The position numbers were made by a program, and so were the translations under genes. Positions 53,943 to 64,000 of a DNA stretch of 64,000 nucleotides are shown here, one piece after another. Within the stretch, counting starts at the first letter, position 1, and each line of letters starts with the position of its first letter. This DNA comes from Chrysomallon squamiferum (Eukaryota; Animalia; Mollusca): assembly GCA_012295275.1 (NCBI GenBank), contig CM022679.1:27218001-27282000 (forward strand), in the 5' to 3' direction. Below the pieces are notes generated by a model that was not told the origin of the DNA, ran no database searches, and worked only from the letters and a program-made list of their open reading frames with translations.

Positions 53943-54879
53943 CTTAAATTCTCACAAAACTGGATCGGTCGCGAACACGCTTCACTCTATGAAGCCAGAC
54001 CTGGGAGACTGAGTGGCGGTCCTCCTGCAGTTAGTGCAGGAAGGATGAGACAGTCTTGTGTCTTACTTATTGAACCCATTCATTCGTCCTGAAGAAGGAC
54101 TGTCACCTCAGGGTGAACACCACTGACAGTGTAGTGTAACGGTGCGCCGCGTTTTTGTCTTAAGCAGATTAGGAAAGATATATCAGGTCAGTTAATGTGA
54201 TGGAATCATTTCGATTCCATACTGAACTTGTTTTAAAAAATGTTGAAAGTTACAGAATCTCATCATTGGTTTTAATTTAATGAAACTGTGATACTTTTTA
54301 TTACTGCACAGCTCTTTTCCACTGTGTTTTAATTAACTTATAAATTTGTATATATAAAGTAATCTTCATTTTGTTTATTTACTTTTGTTTGGTTTGACAT
54401 GTCGATATGTTTTTCGTGCTAGGATAACGTTAAACGTTAATTCAGTCATTCATTCATACACTGACATTTTTGCCTTTAGGCGTTTCTTTATAAACATTTT
54501 GAAGTGATTTTCTTTTCCTTTTCTTACATTTTATAACGTTTAAGGCATCTGGTTTTTTTTTTTTTTTTTTGTGGAGGTTGTATTTTTCCATTTTTTTTCT
54601 TTTTATTACTTTATTTTCATACATTTTTATTTTATTTATTTATTTATTTATTGTGTACGGCCATAGAGGTTTTGATAGTTTGAGGCAGTATTTGGAATGA
54701 TAAATAAGAAGTATATAAACAAGAATATTTTAAAAAGTCAAAGATAGTTTATTTTCATTTACTTATTTACAGACACTTAATATTTATATACAAAAATTTA
54801 CATTTGTGATTTCATAAATAAAACTGTACAATAAAACAAAGCACCACAGCCGTCCATCACAGATTCGCTTTCACAGTTG

Positions 54880-54913
<34 letters not shown>

Positions 54914-54940
54914 AATAAATAAATAAAAATAAATAAATAA

Positions 54941-54974
<34 letters not shown>

Positions 54975-55378
54975 GTAGTAATAATAATAATAATAAAATA
55001 AAATAAATTAATAAAAATCTGAGGAATGACAATAAAATAATAAAAGAGTTAAAACTTATAAATTTTCAAATACTTAAAGCACAAATAGGTTAACGAGATT
55101 CTCAGTTTATTGTTATATCCTTTTAACTTCGATAATTATTTCCTTTTAACTTCGATAATTATTTCCTTTCAACTTTTTCTCACGTCGTTTTTCTTCTTTT
55201 TTTTTCTTCTTCTTTTTTTCTTTGACTCTGAACACCCAATAATATCACTCGACGACGTGTATCAACGACATGTGTTGCTTTCGTCACAATTGCATGACGT
55301 CATCTTCACTGAAAGACATCCGGTGGTAAAGTTTTTTTTTACATGGTATTACGTCATTGTATGACGTCATAACCATTA

Positions 55379-56297
55379 TTACCTACATCCACACTCGTCG
55401 GCGATCATTTCTTCGTGGTGGCGTACGACAATTTCGTCGTATTCAAAGTATAACATGCTCAACGGTTTCAACTTGACGGGGACACAACATGGCAGCGGCG
55501 CGCTCTTCGGCTTTTTGATTTTCATCAACGTCTGCAGCATGGCGTGGTTGGTGGGTTTGTACTTGACGTCCAGAGGCGACGGGCACTCCCCGTAACAGAA
55601 ACGAGCATTGAACCTCTTCGGGTGAATAATCCACTGTCCCCATCCGATCGTGTTGAAATCGATTTCGTACTCGTACCGTTTGCACCCGTCTTTGTATTTG
55701 TTCTTCCGCCATTTGTTCCGACCGCGCGCCCTCCGACCTTTCCTCGGAGTTCTTCGGTCTCGCGACGCGACCGTTTCCGGAATCGAACGTTCGGCTGCGG
55801 TGTAGCTCTTGTACATGTTTCTGAAGAAGTCGTGGTCTTGAAGATAGAAAACAATGAGCGAGTCGCTTTTGTTCATTCTCGAATTCGTCTCGGCGTCTCT
55901 CTTGTACGGCTTGGGAAGGCGAATGCGAATTGTCACGTTGCCGTGATAACGGTTGATCCACTGCCTGAGCACTCGGGTGATGTCGTACACGTCGTACTGG
56001 TCCTGCGTCGTGGCTTTTTCTCTGACGACGATTTTTCTCACGAAGGCGTTGGATTTTGTGACGTCAAGTCGTAGCTTGATTCTGCGGCCTGTCGTGGAGT
56101 CGCCTGGACGTCGAACAAAGCGCAGTTCTGCCAGTCTCAGCACCTCGTTGCGTGGTAAGTAGGGAATTTTGAAAACAACGCCTTGTTTAAGGTTCGATTT
56201 CTTTTCATCTGAAACAGGAAAAGTGAATTCATTTAACAACCGTTTGTATGAATAATATATCCGTCGATTTGTAAATATACATTTGTTATTGTTGTCG

Positions 56298-56334
<37 letters not shown>

Positions 56335-56510
56335 AAATTTAAACATTCATTATTATTATTTTAATTAGTCTATTACCACTCATCCTTACCCACTTTTCAC
56401 AGACATAAAGACATGACTATAACAACATCAATAATGACAATAATGATGATGATAATAATATGAAGAACAACAACAACGACAACAACTGTTATTGTTGTTG
56501 CGTTATTAAA

Positions 56511-56562
<52 letters not shown>

Positions 56563-56631
56563 GTTGTTGTTATTATTATTATTTCTGTTTGTCTTTCTGC
56601 CTACCTATATAATCACTCACTGTTTTGTTCT

Positions 56632-56666
<35 letters not shown>

Positions 56667-56819
56667 TTTTATTATTTTTACTGATTCATCGATTAATTAC
56701 TCTTTTTTATTTGGATCAGAGAAAAAGAAAAACTGGAATTATTTAGAAATAAATAAACTATATGTTGTGGAACGAAATAATAACAACAACACATCAACGA
56801 CAAGGACAACAACAACAAC

Positions 56820-56851
<32 letters not shown>

Positions 56852-57472
56852 TAATTTTATTAAATTCTAAAATGATTCTAAAATCTGGAATACAAATTAT
56901 TTAGATAAACGGTTAACGCTTTATATTCTATTAATTTTTCAATTCTGGATTTAATTCTAATCTAGGCAATAAATTTAAAGTCATATAAATCTGTCATTTA
57001 TATTTTCAACGATTATAATTTTTAATAAGTGGGGCAATTATATTCAAAAAGGTTGTGCTTTCATTGTGGGGAATATAATTTTAAAGATACAGGTAACATT
57101 ATTAAATATTTATAGCTAAAATAAAAAATAGTTGCAGGAGATGCATAGATTATAATGAGACGTAGTGTATATTAAAATTTGATATTATGTAAATCTGCAT
57201 GAAACTATATAAGTGAAATGACCTATATTTTCCGCTGTATATATTTCGTAAAATACAAATAAAATTATATAAACCAAAATATGGAAAATAATATCATATG
57301 AAACAATGTACTTTATACTTTTAATTGATTTTTTCAACACATTTTAAACGTTATATGTATATATTTACTAACATATTAGTTTGTTGAAAATAAAATATCT
57401 CACGCGCATTTTTACTGCATTTTAAATATTCATTTTCATATTTTTATAATAATATCAATGTTTATTACAATG

Positions 57473-57507
<35 letters not shown>

Positions 57508-57551
57508 GTTAATTAATTAATAAATAAAATAATAATAAGAAGAAGAAGAGA

Positions 57552-57605
<54 letters not shown>

Positions 57606-57920
57606 CTCATCATCATCATCATAATAAAGACAATTGTATTTTATTCATTTATTAATTCAGTTATTAAGGTGAACTTTTTAACTATTAATATTCTAATCTT
57701 CCCTGAAAAAACCCAACTAAAGATGTGTTTAAATTTATTAATAAAGTTATAATTATTATAAAGTCGTTTGAATATATTAAATTTTGGAATTCATTTGATT
57801 AAATTGTAATTATTTATTTTATTAATGCACATGATCTATATATATTATTATTATTAAATTAAATATCCGCATATATACCTTTTTATGATTTTTCAGCTGT
57901 GTTATTTCAAACTGATTTCC

Positions 57921-57964
<44 letters not shown>

Positions 57965-58418
57965 GGTAGTTTAATCATTAATAATTTGTTAAAATCGCTT
58001 TATATAATATATTTAAAAAAAGAAAAAAAAGTAATAATAGCAGCCGTACTAACTGGCATGATAATAAATAAATATGGTTGTTTAATTGTTGTTGTTGTTG
58101 TTGTTGTTATTGTTAGTTTATTATCATCATCATCATTATTATTATTTGTTCATTATGTTTATATTATCATTATTTGTTCCTTATCATTTATAATGTATTA
58201 AAGTAATAATGACTTTTTTGTTTCTTTAATTGAACAAAAGTATATTTATTTAGCATAAATATTTTTAGTGTTAAAGTTTCTTAATAAAATTATTTATATT
58301 TTAGTTTTACAATTACTGTTTAATTATTTTTCTATTATTATAATTTTATACTGATAAGTCACCTCTATTACTATTATTATTATTATTATTATTATCATTA
58401 TCACCACCATCATATTCA

Positions 58419-58463
<45 letters not shown>

Positions 58464-59475
58464 CCGACTTTCGATAAAACAGTTACTATATAATATTATT
58501 CAAATGCTTACAACAGAATATCTTTTACATCGAAATAAAATTTATTTTGACAAGCACTCTAAATCGTGTCGTTTATCAGTTTTAGCATTTAAAATCCGCC
58601 AAGAGATACAGAAATATCCCCGTTTTACATCCTGCATAAAGTTATTCAATAGATGGACATGAAATTCGGCTGTCGGAGATATTGTCGTTGCTCGTATTGA
58701 CTGGGGGATGAAGGTTGCTACGCAATTCATCTCAACTGATACCAGTCAAATAAAAAGATGTCGTCTGAAACTTTAGTAAGTCGCGGAAACTTCGTTTGTG
58801 ATTTCTTTGTTTGCGTTAAACTGTGTACCCCGTTTATCTACGTCAGTTTGAAATGCGGGAAATAGAGATTTAAAGACTTGTAATCCCAGTGGATATAGCG
58901 GGGTAATATTTATCTATTGAGGGCTTGCAACTGAAAACTGATACTATGCAAGTGAGAAATACGAAAAATAGTTCAGTTGAGGTAATGTTTGGTTAATAGT
59001 AATAATAATAATAATAGAAACGTTTATAATAATAATAATAATAAAAATAATAATAATAATAATAACTATGGTAGTTTAATCATTAATAATTTGTTAAAAT
59101 CGCTTTATATAATATATTTAAAAAAAGAGAAAAAAAAGTAATAATAGTAGCCGTACTAATTGGCATGATAATAAATAAATATGGTTGTCATTATTATTAT
59201 TATTATTAGTTAGTAGTAGTAATAGTAGCAGTAGTAGTAGCCGTAGTAGTAGCCGTAGTAGTAGTAGTATTGAAACAATGAATATTTTTAGGCCGTTTTT
59301 AATAACGAATTTCTTTATTAAAATGTTTGTGATTAAAAAAAAGAAGATAAATATTTAATAAATAAAAAATATGTTGTTGGTGATGCATAGGTATAATATT
59401 TAGTGAATGTTAAAATATAACTTTATGTAAATATTCAAGAAACTGTAAGTGAAATGGACCTATATTTCCGTTGTA

Positions 59476-59518
<43 letters not shown>

Positions 59519-60113
59519 AAATGCGAATGAAAAAAATATAAATCAAAACAAGGAAACTAATATTTAATAATACAATTAATTTTTGCAATTAATCGTTTCT
59601 CTTTTAAAAATCTATAAATCCTGTGTATAAATTCATGGTACTTAAGTATTAAAAGTAAGTTGGTTTAGAATAAACATTTTTAATGATAAAATTTGAAAAT
59701 AATATTATTTTTGTTTTTGTTTTACAACTTCAGTTTCTTCTTGCATTATAAAATTATATTCGTAATCTTCTCGCATTTTATACGCAGTTTTATTTAATTA
59801 TGATTTTGGGTATATTTTTGAATTATTTTATTTACTTGTTTATATTTTATTTTCATTTTCATTAAATATATATATGCATGTATTATTCTATAATTTTATT
59901 TCTCAGAACTTTCTTAAATTTTTCATGCATATTCTGTAGGAATCTTTATAATACTTTTTTTCTTTTTTTAATGTTAATTAATATGACTCATTTTATTGGA
60001 ATTTATCATTGCTACTACTACTACTATTATTATTATTTCGTTTTTCCGATTTGGTCAACAAATTATTTCTTTCTTTATTATTTATATATTTATTGTGGAC
60101 GGTACTGTTTTTC

Positions 60114-60159
<46 letters not shown>

Positions 60160-60815
60160 TCATTAAATCTGATCTCGACATTTTTATTATTATTATTAAT
60201 AATTTGTTTATTTAAATATTTACATTTGAACTAATATTAACTGTTAATTATTATTATTATTATTATTATTTGTCTCACATTTAAAAAGATAGCAAAAGAT
60301 TGTGCGTGTTTTACAAAGATAACGAGAAAATAATATTATATTATAAAATTAAAATTCAGACGATAAATTATTAATGTGCAAATTAATTAATGATTAGCGG
60401 AGAAAACAACGAGTTATTTTACAGATAACTTACCACTAGCGGAGAAACTGCGGATGGTATCCGAAAGTTTAAAATCGGGTTTCTCCCAAGTTTGGCCTGC
60501 GGCTTTAGCAACGGACTGAGTTTTTTGTATTCCGTTAAACAGTCTGATCATAAAAACTGCCGAGGCCTTCCTGAAATCAGTGCCCGTGTGTCTGTTCTTA
60601 AATATGTCATGTAGGACGACATTTTCGTCCAATATTTCGTGTTTCGTTGTCGGGTGGGTTTTGGAATTCAACCAGAAGGACGTAAAATCCGCCTTTTTGG
60701 CGTGCGCACCGCCGGCACTAAAAAGTATCGTTATTGCAACCATCTTCAACAAGTGATGTATCATGTTTTTACGAAGAACAACAGCAGCAGCAGCAGCGAC
60801 ACCATTCGTTATCAT
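55379..60815 (-). CDS. nodal: Nodal (TGF-beta superfamily ligand), ~403 aa, 2 exons
   Basis: Exon 1 60815-60434 (signal peptide MVAITILFSAGGAHA; prodomain FMIRLF, SDTIRSF) joins in phase 1 to exon 2 56208-55379. Furin site RDRR; 7-Cys knot with IDFNTIGWGQWIIHPKRFNA, C.GECPSP, PTNHA, CCVPVKLKPLSMLY and RHHEEMIADECGCR, characteristic of Nodal. The start may instead be the ATG at 60764. Confidence 0.92.
57962..59188. repeat. Near-identical ~120-bp direct repeats (57962-58081 and 59067-59188) in the Nodal intron; a second, older pair at ~57120-57290 and ~59365-59560
   Basis: tatggtagtttaatcattaataatttgttaaaatcgctttatataat...gccgtactaa.tggcatgataataaataaatatggttg occurs twice. Confidence 0.85.
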
Positions 60816-60859
60816 GGTACCCGTTTAGATTGCACTTGGCTGCTGTTAAACAACTCTGA

Positions 60860-61080
60860 TGCAGTTCTCCGCACGCGCCCAAGTTTTATACTAACCAATG
60901 GGCTTTTGCCGAGAAGAATTAACAGTGGAACAATGGCCGAGCTGTTATGGGGGACGCTAGAAACGTCCATCCAGCCGGCCTAATAATCCTGCCTGTTTCA
61001 GTAATGAAAAGCAAATCATTGCACCAATGATGGACACACCGCGCCTAAGGCGCAGTAAAAACAGGCGAAATCTGAGAGTT
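60860..61080 (-). promoter_or_regulatory. Nodal core promoter
   Basis: TATAAAA on the minus strand at 60890-60884, about 70 nt upstream of the ATG; CCAAT at 60895 and 61024; TAATCC at 60984; CpG-rich. Confidence 0.7.
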
Positions 61081-61472
61081 TTGTTTCAATCAGTGAAAAC
61101 GTATATCTGTCTGAGTGGTACTTTACCGTCAGTTGAGACCAGTGAAAATATTGTCTGTCTAGGAAAAAAATAAACTGATTGTTTTGTAGGTGGGGTGGGG
61201 TGGGGGGTGGTTTAGAAATAAGGCGCTTGAAAAAATAAGATTATTGTGCCATTTATTTTGTTTTTCTTAATTGTATTCGGTATTAATGACATTAATGAAT
61301 GTGGGAAAAAAATATATCTTTTTCTTGGACCGTTTTCTTTTTTGTTTTTTTTATGAATTTCTTTTTGTTAGTTATTGTATTTATTTATTCTGTCAGTGTT
61401 TCATAACTGATTTTAAAATAATAGTTTTTTTTTGTTTTTTTAACGTTTGAATTTATTATTATTATTATTATT

Positions 61473-61551
<79 letters not shown>

Positions 61552-62206
61552 CATATTAATTATATTAATAATTATTTATTTCATTTCACAAGTTAAATTA
61601 ATTATTTAGAAAATAATTTTCTGATATTTTTTGAGATAAACAAATTTAATATGAAATATATTCGATAAACCTTGTTTTATGAACAGTTTTGTTTGCAAAA
61701 TTATTTTGCAATCATTCTGATTTTAATATATTTATCTACATATTCATTTATCGACTTTTTAAATTTAAATATTTATTTATTTAGTTATTTAAATAATTGA
61801 ATTAATTTAATCTTAATTTATTTTATTTTATTTTATTTATTTATTTATTGTTTTATTTATTGCTTTAATTTATCATCGTAAAAACCATCATTATTATTAA
61901 TTAATGCAAATTTAAACAAAAAGAGAAAATTCAATTGTGTGCGTGCATATGTAGTTTTTTGTGAATGGGTCTGTACTTGATAAGAATTTTGGGTCAATAA
62001 ATAAATACGTCAATATTTTTCACTTTTATTCTTCCTGTTTTATTTGTTCATTCGTTCATTATTTATTCTTCATAAAAAATCAATTCTTCTACATTTCTTA
62101 TTTATTTGTTTGTTTGTTTGTTTATTTTAGAGAGTTTTATTTGTTTTTTATTTATTTGTTTATTTGTTTATTATGATGATGATGATGATGATGATTATTA
62201 TTATTA

Positions 62207-62257
<51 letters not shown>

Positions 62258-62359
62258 CTATTTATCTATCTATATCTATCTATTTATTTATTTGTTTATT
62301 TTGTTAATTTTAATATATTTTTTTTTTATGGAAACCAGATATTTTCTGCAAACTGTTAC

Positions 62360-62442
<83 letters not shown>

Positions 62443-62899
62443 TCTATATCTATATATTTATTTATTTGTTTATTTTGTTAATTTTAATATATTTATTTTT
62501 TTATGGAAAAAAATATTTTCTGTTTATAATATTTTTGTTACTTATTTTAACATCTAGAGTGTATTAATCTGCACGCATGCGTATATTTAAATTTACTTTA
62601 AATTTTGAACACATTTGTTTGCTGTAATGTCAGTGTACATTAATGTTCAGTTCAGAATCGTAAAATATCAACATCCTCACTGTGTTATCGTTTATTTATA
62701 AACCTGGTCTGTTTGTATAAAATTATAATGTCACTTTTTTCTACACTAACTTAACCTGAGAGTACAATAAAGAAAAAGAAAAAGAATTTGAGCTAAAGAC
62801 AGAAAAAGGATAAAAAAAAAAAAAAAAAATCATTCAAATTCCAAACATGTTTTTCTTAGGAAGGGTAAGGGTCAAAAAACAACAGTTTAGTTTTATTTA

Positions 62900-63870
62900 T
62901 CGCGCATTTTCTCTTCGAAGTTTATTTTTAATTTCGACCTGTTCTCACACTCGGCCAGAAATTCAATCTGCCCTCTGCATGCTCTCACATTTGGCTCCGT
63001 CGCTCTTTTCTGTGAATCTACGGAAGCACAAACCGACTTAATCCCAGGGATTATCACACAAAACATGCTGATTTATTGCATCCGACTGTTTGATTGGCTT
63101 TGCAATTGGATCTGGTTTCGCTACGCCGAATCGGACCAATCGGCGAGCGCCTCTTTCTCTCCGCTGTCTTTCCACCCTATCTCCGAGCGCATCGCACTCC
63201 ATCACTCAAGACAAAGATAACAAGTGCGGTTGTTCGCCGCTAGAGGCGTCTTCAAGCTTGTTTTACATCAACGCAGAGATACAACAATTACTCTCGCCGG
63301 CCAGATAGCAAAACGAAGACCAATTCCGATGTCCATGGCCAGAGGCAAGAATGTTGAGAAATAACGTAACTCCTTTCCCCTTGATTTCCCACCCCGGCGG
63401 GAAGTCCATGCTTGACCAGTTGTTAGGCTAAGTCTGACTTGAATGAAAGCATCAAATGTTCGTTATTTAAAAAGAACCCACAGCAGGTAGTCCGATAGGT
63501 TTGAACAAAAAAAAAAAAAGAAGAAGAAACCCAGTAATAAAATAAAAAAAAATATTCGCCTAACGAAACGAGCGAACTTAATATGATTGCTTGTCAAAGC
63601 TGTTGATCGCACCAGAAAAGGTGTAATGCTTTCTGATGCAATTTGTGATTGAGCACTTTCGTTTAAGGGTTTAATTCACTCGTGTGCGAGGCTGCGGAGA
63701 ATTGCGATTTTTTCCCTAATCTGCACTTGATCCTCGACTACGAGGGCAATTGAAACGGCTGGTAGCGGGTCGCGATTACGGTTCCCAGACACATCAAGTG
63801 GCTGAGGTTAGCAGTACATTTCTGTAATCAACCCAGTGTGACGTACTTCTCATAGCTGCCCGTATAGTCA
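62900..63870. promoter_or_regulatory. CpG-rich non-coding island 2-3 kb upstream of Nodal (candidate enhancer or promoter)
   Basis: Sharp rise in GC/CpG content without a credible ORF; palindromic TAATCC-cag-GGATTA (63039-63053), CCAAT/ATTGG motifs and GTCTG/CAGAC motifs. Confidence 0.45.
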
Positions 63871-64000
63871 TTTTTATTTATTCCTTAACGAGGATAAAGA
63901 GAACAATCATTATCATTATTAGCGTCATTTTTTTTATACTAATCTTCGTTATTATTTATTTATTTACTACGTTATTATTATTAATCACAACGATGATGAT

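Noticed and set aside
55443-56162. Overlapping ORFs in alternative frames and on the opposite strand of Nodal exon 2
   Set aside because: Expected shadow ORFs of a GC-rich coding exon; no recognisable motifs.
56209-56239. ORF-track start of the 286-aa Nodal ORF (MLNEFTFPVS)
   Set aside because: Intronic, with a non-ATG start. The exon begins at the acceptor at 56208 and the signal peptide is in exon 1.

Overview
AT-rich, intron-rich animal genomic DNA with dense microsatellites. The Nodal C-terminus (FEYDEIVVRHHEEM) suggests a lophotrochozoan, probably a mollusc; this is an inference. I spliced exons by hand at GT-AG boundaries and checked phases. Gene content: (1) 3' end of an unidentified, possibly disabled gene (70-1640, +); (2) YAE1 with a single coding exon (3821-4501, -), only 563 bp downstream of (3) a 7-exon BOLA1 (5065-8688, -), which is head-to-head with (4) a 14-exon DCTN4/dynactin p62 (8883-19123, +); (5) an ORF-less 21-31 kb interval with promoter motifs and clean small exons; (6) a 16-coding-exon TNIP1/ABIN-1-like gene (32670-46792, +, ~760 aa) with a 4.2-kb, 44-bp-unit intronic minisatellite; (7) a decayed coding remnant near 48.5-49.3 kb, local duplications and palindromic MITE-like elements; (8) a 2-exon Nodal (55379-60815, -). 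Most ORFs in the supplied track are microsatellite or minisatellite artefacts. Best leads: BOLA1 and YAE1, two Fe-S biogenesis genes, appear to share one transcription unit; the ABIN-like protein combines UBAN, NZF, LIR, PPxY and a BH3-like motif; and tandem repeats repeatedly begin at splice donors, stop codons or (TA)n fold-backs.
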